64,000 nucleotides of DNA from Callorhinchus milii (lineage: Eukaryota): contig NW_024704742.1 of NCBI RefSeq assembly GCF_018977255.1, positions 27,406,001-27,470,000 on the forward strand, written 5' to 3'. Made by a program: the position numbers and the translations under genes. The notes beneath the pieces were generated by a model. That model saw only the letters and a list, made by a program, of their open reading frames with translations. It searched no databases and was not told the origin of the DNA. The stretch's first letter is position 1. Every line of letters starts with the position of its first letter. Positions 37,991-51,450 of this stretch are shown in pieces.

Positions 37991-38681
37991 AATATGATCA
38001 CTCTGCATTAAGCAGTGATCGACCACTATTGGAAATGATTTAAAGATGTCATATAATCTGCAAAGAAATTCTACAACTCTGGTGTAGGGTTCAGCTGAGT
38101 TATTGATGCTCTTAAGCTTTGCACTTGGGGTTTATCACCTCATCCGAGCACCCGTTTGAAAACCGCTTTCCAGTTCACCGCCACCCACCCAGCACCCACT
38201 GTGCAGCTAGGCTTAAAACTAAAAGGCAAAAATTAGAAACTACAATTCTGAAGGTTTGATGAATAGCAGCAATGGATTTTATGCCCACCTGCTTCCCGAG
38301 CTAAAGATCACAAAGAAACTTGATGGACTTGACCTTTGGGTCCGTCATTCAGTTGTCCATCCTGTGCTCAATTTGGCAAGATATAAGAAGCGTTCACAGA
38401 TCTGGAAAGAGAAGAGCTATCAGCTTCCTAACCTCTCATGTGGAAACTGACTGCTATTGTCAGATGGGTCTGATTATCCTTAGCAAATTTTAAGCTTGGA
38501 GCAAAAAGAAACATTTACTAAAAGTTTGGAGATGAACTAGCCAAATTTTGGAAGCATTGAGTTTCTTTACAGGATCTGTATTTGATAATTAAGTGGTCAA
38601 TTTCTGTGAAATGCATCCACAGAATGTAGAGAATTGTAATCGTAATTGTAATGGATAACAAAAGCAATTTTTTTTAAATGA

Positions 38682-38748
38682 GTGGACTCGCTTATAAACT
38701 TTCCATCGCTCTCTCATGGATTGTTGGAAAGTTTATAACCAAGTCCAC
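38682..38748. other. Hairpin: 24-bp inverted repeat (22/24 match), 19-nt loop
   Basis: GTGGACTCGCTTATAAACTTTCCA / TGGAAAGTTTATAACCAAGTCCAC. Confidence 0.92.
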
Positions 38749-38983
38749 ATTCATCAGTGACCTGAATGTATGTTTTTAGCATTGAAACTCTGGCGATAAA
38801 GAAATATGCACGCCCACTTTCCATTGGTGAACAGACCACAGTAAACCCACCGTAAAGTGTGGAGTTAGATCGTACAACAGTCCTTTTAAGAATTTGGGTA
38901 TTGTAATGAAACTCCTTAAAAGTGTTACAAATCAGTGTATCTGGATAAATAATAATCCTTCTAATCAATTGTTGCATTTGTGT

Positions 38984-39290
38984 GTCAGCCCGGCTCAGTT
39001 GGTAGCATTCTCACCTCCTGGTCAGAAGGTTGCGGGTTCAAGCCCGAAATCAGGACTTTGAGCTCATATTTTCTAGGCGGACACTATAATGCAGCGATGG
39101 GGCTGTGCCACATTGTTGCCCTTTTCCGGATGAGACATTAAACCAGGTCCAGTCTGCCTGTTCAGAAGGAAGCTAAGATCCCATGGCACTATTCAAAAAG
39201 AGAAGGGAGTTTCTCCCGGTGTCCTGGCTAACATTCCTCCAAATAATATTGGTCATGTACTTTATGGCTGTGTGTGGGACATTGCTGTGA
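38984..39290 (+). mobile_element. Deu-domain SINE (SacSINE1-like)
   Basis: CGGCTCAGTTGGTAGC A-box, GGGTTCAAGCCC B-box, GGATGAGACATTAAACC...GATCCCATGGCACTATTC Deu domain. Confidence 0.9.
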
Positions 39291-40395
39291 TCAGCCTGCC
39301 TTTGACTGTTCTCCATAGATCAGAAGTGTCCTTTTGCCTTGTTGAGATCTTCAGATGAATTGTTTGTACATTGCAGGATCTTTCTTGGCTGCTCGTACAC
39401 TTGTGACTGAGATAATGCCTGAACATTGACAGTTGTGTTGAATGAATTATGGAAAAAATGGTTGGATTATTTTCCCCTGAGAAATGTAAACAATAATTCC
39501 CCTGGTTTAAGAAAAAAACACACAGCTGAACAATCTTGTGGCTTTTTAATGACTTGATCGTCTCTGAATTATCTTACTACAGAATTGGCTTTGGTGGAAA
39601 ATGAGCTACTATTGAATACTAGTTGACTCTTATTTTATTTATTGCTTAAATTGTCATGTGTTGCTCTGTTACTGATTCGGCCGGCAAGGTTTTTATCTGT
39701 TTCAGAAATGTAAACTTTATTGAACACCACAAATCTTGAATTTTCACAACAAAGTTCATAGCACATGGAGTGCTGGAGGGGGAAGAAACAAATTCTACTG
39801 ACAAGCTTTTGATTTGTTGCCAATAAAAGGGACAGAGGTGGGAAAGGGAGAAAATCTCCATCTAGATTCTGAGATTTTATGAGCAGGTTTCATAGCACAT
39901 TTGCTTTCATAACCATTTATTTCCCCTCCCCCTTTATCATGGTGATCAGTGTTTGGGCAAGGAACTCTCAAACAACTGGAGATTTTGGAGCAATTTTTTT
40001 TTAGGTGAGTTGATAACTGAAGTAAAACCAGAAAATGCTGGAATTGCAGAGTGTTCGAAAGAGATTCCTGTTTTCACCTGAACGAATGAAATGCGACGCC
40101 TGACACGTTAATCTTTCCATTGCCCATCAAAGCTTTTCCAACAACTTTTATTTTAATTTTAGGGTTGTTTTTAATTTGTCATAATAAAGGAGAGATGGGG
40201 ATCAGGCTTCACAGAACTGGTTGTGTGCATGTGTGTGCGCTTGCAGCTCAGGTGCCCAGCCACATTGTAGAGTGCTTTGAGATGTCCTCCCACAGTGAAA
40301 GGCGATATGTAAATTGTATTGTTCTTCAGCATAATGCAAGTGAAGCCAATGCAAACAGCAAGCTTTCATCTTTCATCCAACAGAATCTACACTAC

Positions 40396-40530
40396 AATAA
40401 TAATAATAATAGTATAATCAATAATCATCCTTGCATTTCACTTAGCGCCTTATCACATCTGTGAGATGTCTCAAAGCGCTTCACAGAATACCATAAAGTG
40501 AATTGATTGTATTTTTGTTCGGGCAATGCT
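40396..40530 (-). mobile_element. SINE 3' tail fragment
   Basis: (AAT)n...CCTTGCATTT...GAGATGTCTCAAAGCGCTTCACAG. Confidence 0.85.
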
Positions 40531-41507
40531 GCCTGATGGAACACGTGCTTTGCTGTGTGGTGACTGGATGATTATAAATCTTTCTACTAATGCAACTCCC
40601 ATGAGTGACAGCAGAATTCTGCCTGAATATTCTCTTGCACAACAAGCAAGAATATTCCAGAATGACCTGAACAATATTGCTTCAAAATGATAGGTCATCC
40701 TAATCCCCCCGCCACCCACCCCAACACACACACACACATCAGCGCACACATTCACACACTACTTGGAAGTAGCAGAGCAGAGCTGGAAGATGCTTCATTG
40801 CGCTGCTTACAATTGCCTTGCCCAAAACATATTTATAGCAGCATCAATGTCGTGGCATAGCAGCTTGTTGCAGAAAGGAATTAAAGATTTGTTGTCGGAA
40901 AGAATAAATCCATCTTTATTGCACGATGGAAATTGTTCCAGTGCTGCATTTTATCAGCTTCCCACTTTTCAATGAACTGCACAGTAGTTCCTTGCTGTGA
41001 CAGGTGATTGACACTACAACTCTGCCTGTTATTTGAAATATTACTGAATGATTTGTTTCTGTGTTTGTCTTACTTGTTCATGGTCTCCCACTCCACATTC
41101 AAAGAGAACTGAAAGGTCCAAACAACTTCTATGTAACACCCAGAACATTTTCTTCTGAAATCTAGTTCTGTACATGAATTCTTTCTTATTTTGTGTGTGT
41201 GTGCATGTGTGTGGTGGTGGTGGTGGGGGGGGGGGGGGGTGAAAGCATTCAATTCATGCCCCTTGTGTGGCAACACAAACACTTCAATAAAATTGGTGTT
41301 TTTTAATTACTTTTCATTTCCATAATCTATTGAGTTTCAAGGGCTGGGCCTACTTTCCCACTCCACTCAAACATTAGGTGCACTGGACTGATATCTCTCA
41401 GAGCATCAAACGTAGAATATTTATCAAAAAAACTTGTCAAGGGACTACTTAAATTGTTTTGATCTGTGAGGAGGTAACCCCTGTACCTATTAGAATATAA
41501 ATACATA

Positions 41508-42344
41508 TGTAAATCAGCAGGTCGAGATACAGCACAAGTGGAGCATGCTCCTATCACTTGTGGCTAGCTGTGCACTTTTATGCTGACTACTTAAATGTGG
41601 TGTCTTTGTGCTCTTTGGTTGCTGAGTTTAAAAATGTATTGCTCTACGATATTAAGCTCAATAGGGCTGGGTTCTAATTCAACATTTTTTCCCAATAGTA
41701 ATTTATATATTTATCCCATTTTTGTGTTCCTCAAGGTGAGGAATGAAACACTCTTCCAATTTTGGAGGTGCAGTGTCTGCATCAAACACTCATTCCCAGG
41801 TCGGCTACAATCCAACCTGAATGCAAAGTTACGCTATGATAATGCACATTAGTTGACAAATCACCATGAGTTTCTGCCAAAGGTTCTATAAATGAGGAGT
41901 CCGCAGTGCAAATGTCATGAATCAAAGGATTCTGACTCCGAGTGGAGCAGTTTGGTTTGCAGCCGCGCAGTATAAACATTGGGTACAAATTGTACAGGGA
42001 TGACCCTGGAGGAAGAGGGGGAGACGTGGTGTCATCCCATGGGAGACATGCACCAGGAATATATATATATATATATATTATGTGTGTATATAATATATAT
42101 AAATAAATCTATATGTGTGTGAACGTGTGTGTGTGAGAGGGGTGTCAGTCATCTTTTATTACTTAGGCACCACTCTAGATCCTCTTTGATCGTTCCTATC
42201 AAAAATAATGCATGACAAATTCTCCAAGTCATTGAGTGCAACTTTGTTAGCGTGCATTTATAAGAATTTTTTTTCCAAATTCCGAGCAATTATTCTCTTT
42301 CTCTCTTGAGGCATTTTATACATATCTCGACCTGCTGACTTACA
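41508..42344. mobile_element. Candidate non-autonomous DNA transposon, 22-bp TIRs, TA flanks
   Basis: TA|TGTAAATCAGCAGGTCGAGATA ... TATCTCGACCTGCTGACTTACA|TA (1 mismatch). Confidence 0.65.
42058..42135. repeat. (TA)n/(TG)n low-complexity microsatellite
   Basis: Direct inspection. Confidence 0.9.
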
Positions 42345-42346
42345 TA

Positions 42347-42425
42347 AGAACCAACTTTCTACAGTTGAATGTCAGCAAGACCGAGACTCTCCTGGTTGGC
42401 TTGCACCAGCACCTCTGCACCTCTT
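42347..42425 (+). mobile_element. L2 RT fragment
   Basis: Encodes RTNFLQLNVSKTETLLVG. Confidence 0.8.
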
Positions 42426-44914
42426 CAGGACTATAAAGAGCCGAATGCAGCATTAAATAGTACCTGACACCATTGACGTGCTGATTTTACCACTATAAGT
42501 ACATCTTCTTCAAAATCACTTAATTTGACAGTAAGAGGTTCTTGACTTGAACGGTACGTCCCTTTGTGTTTTTGAACACTTATCTTACTTCTATGTACAA
42601 AGATCTCTGTTTACACATTTTGTTTACAGACAGACCATCTGTTTCACAATTACTATGGACAAGGTCCAGGATGTCAAAGTAGTTTACACGACACGTTCAT
42701 GGATTACTCATCAAAATTCTGACACTTCTGCACACAACAACAAAGTTTACACAGACATACAAGTGGTCAGCAGTGGTCAGCAATTTAGCTTAGCAAAATT
42801 ACATTTGTATGATACATTAATCTTATGTCAAGAACAACTCACCTATGATGCTTCACACTCAACATTGCTGAGTGTTGGTATTACCGTATGAACAGAGCTG
42901 TATGTACTGTACCAGGCGTACAAATGTAATTTATTGTTGTTGCTCCGTTTCAGTTCATCCATTTGCTGAATTTCTGGTCTCTGCTGTTTTTACTGTGGTT
43001 GGGTTGGTGTGGGGTGGGGTGCGAGTTGGGGGTCGGTTGGGGGGTGGGTGGTGAAGAAGGAAGTGGGTAATAGGTTAGACTTGCTTACCATGAAAGTAGA
43101 ATTGGTGCTCATTGGCACAACAGGCACAAATCAATCTGAGTATTTAAGGAACAAGTCTGTTTTTAATCCAATAAAAAAACTAGTATTACATAATATATTT
43201 GGGTGACAAACAGCAGTAATTCAGTTCTAACATGAAGCACGAAGAAAGGAATGCTGAGTTATTGTTAACCCTCAAACCTCAACTTCAAAGACTGAAACAG
43301 CTGTATGCAAATGTGACGGTAAAAAGTGGACATGACCTGCAGCATATGATTGCACAAGATTTGGCAAATAAAAGCTGGAACTTTGCAGGTAGAAAGGTTG
43401 ACAACTTTGCACGGTTTATAGATTTAAATATCAACAAAAATCTTAAATGTAAGCAGGGATTTGTCAGCTTTAAATTAATTAAATATATGGCAAGGGAATT
43501 TTCTTGCTGTTTGGTTGTAAGAACTGGAGTGCTTCAATCCCGTTTGTTTTTCTCTTTGCTCTGATGCTAGTGAGAACATGTTCTTCCCAAAAGATCTTCT
43601 TCCAGAAGTTAATTAACTTTGTAAGTCAAGTGTCTCAAATCAGATTACAAAACCTTTTTTTCCTTTTAGATCTGAGATGATTCGGACTGGAATTAAACTA
43701 AAAAAAGAATGCACTAACCGCTTGATATTGCCTGGAGGTGTATTTATAATGTTGGACATTAAAACCAGGATTGATGACATTCCTTTTAATGTGCATATCT
43801 GAGCAGTGCAACATGATCAAAGTTATCCTGCCTATCACATCCTTGTGGATGTGCTTTCAATTCAAGTTTACTTCACTCGGGATTATATGCTGTGAGGATT
43901 TATCCTTACTTTGTGTGAACTCATCAGAGACAAGATTGTTTGGTATTCACTGAGTTTTGTTGCATTTCTGAGAACTATTTTGTTTTATAATGAACCTTGT
44001 TAGAGAGTAATGATGCAATGGAATCCGTGTGTTATATGAGAGGGATACAGAAGCTTTAGGCAGCAGTGAGTCTGCATTAGTATACAGATGTTTATGCATA
44101 GCTATGACTCCAGTGGTGAATTGGCTTTAGGGTTTTTCAAGTACATGTACAAGGAATGCTATCACTTTACATTAGCAACCGAGGGAGCTTCACTGTTGTG
44201 CTCACTCACAAAGGGAAAATAAATTACATTTTAAGCAGTTAGGAAGAATGAAATGTTCTTGTTCTGGAATCAAAACGATGACCCCAGTGGTAAGGTAGAT
44301 AGAAAAACACTACATGCACCCCTCCACGACCCCCACTCTCCCCGCCACGACCCTCCCCCTGAACAAATATACCTAGCTTCTTTTGATCTACACATCAGTA
44401 ACAAATGGACAACATAACCAACTGGGTCACAGTTGAAAATAAAGTGTCCATACTGCCTGCATCATTTCCTTAATAATAAGAGGAAATTAATACATGTAGG
44501 ATATCATTCCAAGGTGGAATAGGATGAACTGCCATTCTCACCCTTTATATTATGACTAGTCCTCAAATAGTTTATAGATACTAGGCTCTAAGTGAACTTT
44601 TCATTGCACAATGAAATACATGAGCTTTCCAAATGTGTTACTTAATAGTCCATGAATCATCACAACACTGAACTGTATATCTTGCAGATAGCTGTGTGGA
44701 GTTTCTCTCATGCTTCACTCTTAGACAACATCTGTACAAATTTTTGATATCGGAATACTTAAGCGGCATTACAAAAGATCCCATTGGGAAATTGGTTTGC
44801 AGAATATAGGATCCTAATGTATTGTTTTTTTTCCTTCATACAAGACATTTGTTCCACATTCTCTCCTGTTTTGGGGATATTGTTTTCAAATGAAGATTGT
44901 CACTGTTCAGATTT

Positions 44915-45067
44915 AAACAACTGTTTATGGGACACTGCTGTGCGTAATTGGCTGCTACGTTTTGCCCATGAAATACAGTTAATTCACTTTACAATATATT
45001 CTGTGAAGTGCTTTGAGATGTCTCTATGATGTGATAAGGTGCTATTGTTGAATGCAATGATTATTAG
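44915..45067 (+). mobile_element. SINE 3' half
   Basis: CTGTTTATGGGACACTGCTGTGCGTAATTGGCTGC through the tail. Confidence 0.88.
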
Positions 45068-45699
45068 TAAAATCCTGCTTAATACGCAATAATAAATCAC
45101 CCCAAACTGAATATATGCGCACAGAGAAATCAGTCAGCCTAGCATGAGTTGCACAAAAACCCTTTGACAAACTTAAGAGTTTATGTACCAACTGCTCAGA
45201 ATTTACAAAAGCAGAGTTTGTATGTTGGTTTGGCTTTGGAAGGATACATTTTTTTAAGCTGGGCTGGTGAAAACCAGCATTGAGACTGGCAAATTGAACA
45301 AGCTAAAACCACAGCTTTGCAGTTTTTGGAATGGGCAAGCTTTTTGGCTGCCTGTCTAGCAATAAACAATCCACCGGTTAAGGTGCTGGCTTGCACACTG
45401 TTAATAGGAGCCAAATGGAAAGAGCCTCACCTTCCAGGGTCACATCTGCTTCTCCAGCTCCCATTGATATTCAAAGCAGGTTGATCAATCATCAAACGGA
45501 GCTTGGAGCAATACCTCTGCACTGGATCACTAAGTACACCTCAAAAGCATTGACTCAGTTCTGCTTTCTTTTCACCATGCAGCCAGTTCAACCACTGGAA
45601 ACACAGCACCTCTCTGCACCCCTTCTCTTGAGAGGGATAGTCACAGCTGCGCATAACATTTTTGATTAACAAATCTGCATAAATTGGTGATTTTAATGC

Positions 45700-46113
45700 A
45701 TGTTTGACTGAAACCCATCACCATCAAATTAAACTGAGAATTCCACATATGTATCCCACCTACACATGGAAATTTCCTTGCATTAGGAATGGAACACACA
45801 CCCTGCAGGAAGCACCCTGCTAATACCAGAGAGTATTAGGCACAGGTTGGAGAGAGCCAAATCAATTTGACCGCAGAGTGAGCATTGAGCCACTGTGGCA
45901 ATTTAGCCAGCTAATTCTTGCATATTCACCAGCACTTTCTGTCCAGCATGGAACCCCCTACCCATTAGGGCTTTAGCTTGTAGGATTAACAGGGGCTGAG
46001 TGGGAAGAATGCCCATTTCCGGTCTTCCTCTCCAAGTCCTCTCGACTAGCCAGGCAACATAGAGTTGACTCAATTTCACCAGCTCAGCCCAATGGGACTG
46101 TGCTCACTCCCCC
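45700..46113 (-). mobile_element. Family X copy
   Basis: GAAACCCATCACCAT...CCACCTACACATGGAAATTTCC...TTAGGCACAGGTTG...GGGACTGTGCTCACTCCCC. Confidence 0.8.
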
Positions 46114-47810
46114 CGCCCAAGGAGGATACTCACATTCTGTTCATCTTACTTTTCACTTGCCTTTGTTTCATTGAGTGTGACTCTCATCTTCAGGCATGAA
46201 ATCTAAGACCCACTGGTAAAAGTAACCTGGCGTGTGACTTCCAGCCATTCAGGGCTCCTTCATCACTGCTGGGAAACAGTGCCTCTGACCCCAACACACT
46301 GCTTTAGTAGCTCATAAGTGGTCTGGGCCAGTTGGTCACCAGAGCTAAGCCTGCTTGTTGTGTCTCCCTATGCTCTTTTGCAAGAGTCCTTCTTTGCACG
46401 ATCATTTTCTCGTGTACACATTACAGTTCGAGACTATATTATTGTAAAATTCTACCTGTTGAACCAGGGTCAAAGCTTCTTTCTGAAAACAGCCTGTGAC
46501 CAATTTTGATCAGGGTGTCACTTTTTTAACTGTGTTAGAGATGAACAGTGGAAACCCATAACTTTGATGCACTAACGTTTTGTTGCAAAATACTTTACCC
46601 TTTAGATCACCTTTACTTAAGTACTGTATCACTCTCAGAATTTTGATCCCCAAGTTTATTGTACTTAAGGAACATAGCACATTGTTACAGACCCAGGTAA
46701 CAATATTCTATTTAGGGCTGATTGTGATGAGTACCCTCAGCTTAGTCAAGATGTATATATTTTTCCAATTGGACCTTCTGTTGATTTACATTGCTTGGGC
46801 TTGTATTTTCCTTTTTCCCCTCTCACACACACCCAACTATTGTTCAGCATTTCACCAAAATCTATTATCTGTGGTACAAAGAAGTTTTCCAGCTAAGCTT
46901 TGTTCATAGTTGCCAAAGCAAGTGAAGTATTCTTTTGCGGGGAGAATGAATATTTGAGGCAAAGGGGCCAACCATGCTTGCTTTAAAAAAAATGCAACAC
47001 GATAATCCAATTTCATCTTAAATTGCTGATTGTGTGACTGAGCTGTCAGCACTTTGTTGAAATCTGGTGGCACGTTCCTCACTGTGGGAAATGTGGATTC
47101 GAATGCATGTGGTTTTGATCAGAAAATGGAAAAGTAATGAAAAGAGAAATTGGCTCTGTTAGAGAAATTCCCATCTCTGTCATTTACAGACTGAAGAGTC
47201 CGGCACTTAATTTAGAGAGAAGTATGATTGAATATTGCGTCTTAATGAAATTACCTGTCCTGTATTGTCAGACAGGATTATTGCTCAGATGGTTCACTTT
47301 CGACAGTAGATTGAAATAGTCGTATTACTTCATTAAATGCAAGAACATAATCCAAATTGCTTCTCATTGTAATATCCTCCAATCTAATTTTCCAAACAAC
47401 ATGGTGATATTAGCAATGCAGTGCTGAAAAAGTTAAATTTTACTGGAACGTTCAGGACCCGAATTAAAATTTCCACTGAGTGTGTGTATGTCTGTGAGTT
47501 TGTTGTTGTTAATTTCAGTTGCTAGCAGTAGAAACGGATTAAAATCTGTACCTTACTGGAGGCGCACCAAGATCTGTCTGCTGTTCATATCAGAATGACA
47601 TGGAAGTGGCCCAAGGGGAAATTTAGAGATGAACTGCTTCTCCAAATTGACAAGTGAAGAAGTAGCACAAATATTGGAATAATGAGACCCGAGTACAATG
47701 TTGAATGTCCTTGATAATCTAATGCTTCAGTAAACTCCAGCACTTTGACCAATAATAGCTGCCAGGCAGGAAGAGCGTATATTCTACATATTGATCTTCT
47801 CATAAAAATA

Positions 47811-48183
47811 CAACAACAACAACAAAATTACATTTGTTGGGAGGACGTACCAAGGCGCTGGACAGTCAGTGTTTTGGACCCAATCTGGGGGTCGGGATTG
47901 GGGAGGGTGGAGGGTAGGGGGGGAAGCAGGGTGATTGAAAGCATGGTCGAAGAGGAGAGTCTTGAGATGGGTCTTGTAGGAGGCAAAGGAGGGTTTGAGG
48001 CGGAGGGATTGCGGGATGGAGTTCCAGAGGGTAGGAGCAGAGTGGCAGAAGGCCTGCCCGCCAATAGTGGGGTGGGTGAGGCGGGGGATGTGAAGCAGGC
48101 CAGAGACTGCTGAGCGTTGGGAGCGAGCAGGATGGTAGGGGTTAGGGGCTCGCAGAGGTAGGGGGTTAGGGGGAGCAAGGCCA
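47811..48183 (-). mobile_element. L2 LINE 3' fragment
   Basis: ORF 47784-48188: GLLHIPR...IGGQAFCHSAPTLWNSIPQSLR...KTHLKTLLF; (AAC)n tail. Confidence 0.93.
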
Positions 48184-48680
48184 AACAATATCCCTGGGCT
48201 AAATAAAGGAATGTCTAGTGCTCAATGTCCAGTGAACTTTCCTGGAAAGTTTGCTTTCGAAGACAATTGGGTGAAGACAGGAACAGGCAAACCTGTGATG
48301 CTATCCATGGTTGAACAGTCTGCTGATACTTATTATCCAGACTGATAGATGAAAAGGGCTGCTTGATTGAGATGCAGGAGGGATGTAATAGATATAGAAC
48401 TGTAACATTAGGCAGTACCTGAGGCAGAAGAGGGGATAAAACATCCTCAACCTCGAACTGCAATTTTTTTTCTGCAATAAATTTTCGACACCTTCATCAG
48501 CTCTGTTATGCATACTCTAATTAGACCAAATTAATGTCTTGTGTGGATTTGATTTATTGTAAGAAATTCTAAATTCAGATTGTGCATATCCCTGGTCGAG
48601 ACGAATTAATAATTACAATATCTGATTCTAACAATTAATTGAATATTGCAACACATTGTTTTTATTGACTTTCAATAACA

Positions 48681-48904
48681 GTTGTTACGGTCTGGAATGC
48701 ACTAACTGAAAAGGGTGGTGGAAGCAGATTCGATAGTAGCTTTTGAAAGGGAATTGGATAGGCAAATAAAAAGGAAAAATTTGCAGGGCTATGGGGTAAG
48801 AGCAGGGGAGCAGGACTAGTTGGTAGCTTTGCAAAGAACCGGCACAGGCACGATGAGCCGAATGGCCTCTTCCTCTGCTATAAGATTCTATGATTCTTTG
48901 ATTC
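48681..48904 (+). mobile_element. CR1 LINE 3' end
   Basis: GTCTGGAATGCACT (VWNAL)...GCCGAATGGCCTC...GATTCTATGATTCTTTGATTC octamer tail. Confidence 0.92.
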
Positions 48905-49631
48905 AAGGATTTTACTTCAAAATTGTCAAAAGTTAAACAGTCTTTTTATATTCACTTGAATGCCCGGTCAGGATACCTGGCCTTGGATACCAGTCGTTTG
49001 TGCTTGGGTCATTTTATGTTTCAAACAAATTGTCAGGAATGTCTAAGGGTAAAGTTACAGCCTCTTTCCTACACTGAATGAATGCATCCTAGTTGACTGA
49101 GGAGGATAGGTTCTGATTGCTAGGATCTGTAGAGAGAAGCACAGGATATATTGACCTACTCTGCTGACGAAAGGGTTAGCAGGAAGTCAAAAGCTTGTCT
49201 CAGGGGTAAAACATTTGTGCGTACAAATTTAAAATCTCACAGGAGAAGACGTATACATTTTTCCCCGATGTGCATTTTGAGAGCTTGGAATTTGCTTTTT
49301 GAAGTGCGTTGCAATCACTTTAGGGTATTTGTACATTCTCCAGTTCCTGTTTGCTTTGATCTTTCCAATACCATGCTTGATTGTGGACTCTGACAATACA
49401 ATTTTAAAACTGGCCTTTGGGAAGTGTACAAAAGCATAAAAACATTCCGTGATGGCATGCCCTTTGATGTCTCTTCCTCAGTCTTTACTTGAGATCTCCC
49501 CTCAGTGCCATGGCTTAGGTTGCACTCTGAGTATTCGAGAGATCAGCGATACAAACCTGTAGATAACATTCCAGTCCAGCTCACTGGGAAATGTATTATT
49601 TGAAGTTCCAAGTATGCAAGCACCTAAATCG

Positions 49632-49882
49632 TTAATAAGAATAATTTTTGTATTTTATATAGCACCTTATCACGTCAAAAGATTTTGAAACTCTTCACAG
49701 AATTATAAGAGTCTATAAAGGGTAATGATGATGCATTTATAGGCAAAGGCGGCAAACAATTTGCACGCAGCAAATAAACAGCTATGAAGTGGATGACCTA
49801 TTTTCACTGAACGATTGCTGGCCAGCACTCCGGAAGAAACTTTTTTTTCATAGCGTTGTATGATGTTTAACGTCCACCTGAA
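49632..49882 (-). mobile_element. Deu-type SINE 3' half, decayed
   Basis: ATAGCACCTTATCACGTC...TTGCACGCAGC...TTTAACGTCCACCTGAAC. Confidence 0.7.
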
Positions 49883-51254
49883 CTTGATTGTTATTTGCTA
49901 ACAAGCTGCCTGAAGGCATGAATCCTAGCTGATAAACTCCCTGAGATGCAATGTTATCAACAGTATGTGCCTCGGATGGCTTTCTGCTCATCCCATATCC
50001 CAAACATTCACTTTTTTTTAATTTCCTGTTACTCGCACCACAAGTGGTATCTCCAATTATGAGTAAAGACCGTCAACTTTAACTTCAGCTGCTCATTCTG
50101 TCATTCCCAGTGACTATTTTATCTTTATTTTGATGAGGCTGATTTGCCTCCTGTGATACAGACCATCACAATTCAGGTTTATGGTGACCTAATCCCTCCA
50201 GAGGGTATTTGTGTACAAAGGGAAGAGTTGTATATTGAAAAAAACTTACTCTGGATCCTGTATGAGTTAAAAATAATTGATCATTTTATTAATGCTAGGA
50301 GTAACGTGATTATGTACTAAGGGCAAAAGTTATTTTTATTCAAATGGCAAAATATTTATTCCATCAGGAATTGGAGTTCCTTAGAAAAGTACCACTTTCT
50401 GAAAGGTATCCGAAGACTGTAGGCAATTAGAATTTATTAAACAGATGGAAAAGGTAAGGAGGTATAAGTTCAAGACTGAAATGCATGAACGTAATAAGAA
50501 AATCACGTATGAAGAGCATTGTATGAGAGGCACGGGTGCAAAGCTAGATACAGCTCAGCACGATTCATCTTAGCAATTACCTAGACTAGAAAGGATAAAA
50601 GAGTTTGGATGATTCAAATGAAGATGGTATCGATAACATAACAGATAGGATAAGTTGAATTGCAATGAAGGCTTGCAACAAATAAGAATAAAAGTAGGTA
50701 TAACCAGTTTAACAGAAGGGTTTCAGCTATTCCTTTAATAATTTCTTCAGAGTTACTGATCTCAGGGTTTCCTGTCCCCAGAGAATTCCTGTGAAAAGTA
50801 AGTTTTTAGAAGGGAGTTACAGAATTTACAAGAAATAAAACAGGATGAAGAGCCTGACATTTAAAAATGAATTGCAGGATTGGCAGAATTTGCGAGTGAA
50901 TTCTCTGTCTTTTTTTTTTGCAGGATGAAATGTTGAGCGGTTAGTGAAGTGATATACTTGCTGCAGGAACCGGATCAAAAGGCAAATCCGACCAAGTTCC
51001 ATTAACTTTTTAAATGTGTATGATCTGGGAATCGTCAAGGAAATGGTGTTTGTAAGACTGGTAACAAGTTGAACTTTTAATATGATAGCTATGCAAAAAA
51101 AGACCTAATTCTAATAGGTGACATATTTGAAAGACAGACGTGAGAAATGTAAATGCATAATAATCTAACAGCTGCCTAAGATTTCAGCTTGAGTTTCCTG
51201 TATTAGTTTGTTTTTTGGACAAAACTATGCTATACAACTTAATAGAATTTAAAT

Positions 51255-51450
51255 TTCTACATCGCCTTTCACTCTGAAAGCACTTCAGACTGCTGGCTTG
51301 GACACCAGTACTAGGCACTCGATCTGGGCAGTGGAGCTGCTGAAGAGGGTGGGAAGGGGAAAAAATTGAATGCAGGGTTGAAGATGCAAGTCTTGAGGCG
51401 GGCTTTGAATGTGGGAAGGGTGGGAACGATTTGGGGAGATTGACTTCCAG
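51255..51450 (-). mobile_element. L2 3' fragment, decayed
   Basis: CGCCTTTCAC...GTCTTGAGGCGGGCTTTGAA...TTCCAGAG. Confidence 0.65.

Noticed and set aside
43232..43564. 110-aa ATG-initiated ORF in unique sequence
   Set aside because: No recognisable homology or supporting splice context; length compatible with chance
50300..50800. Purine-rich stretch, possibly an extremely decayed CR1
   Set aside because: No motif could be translated with confidence
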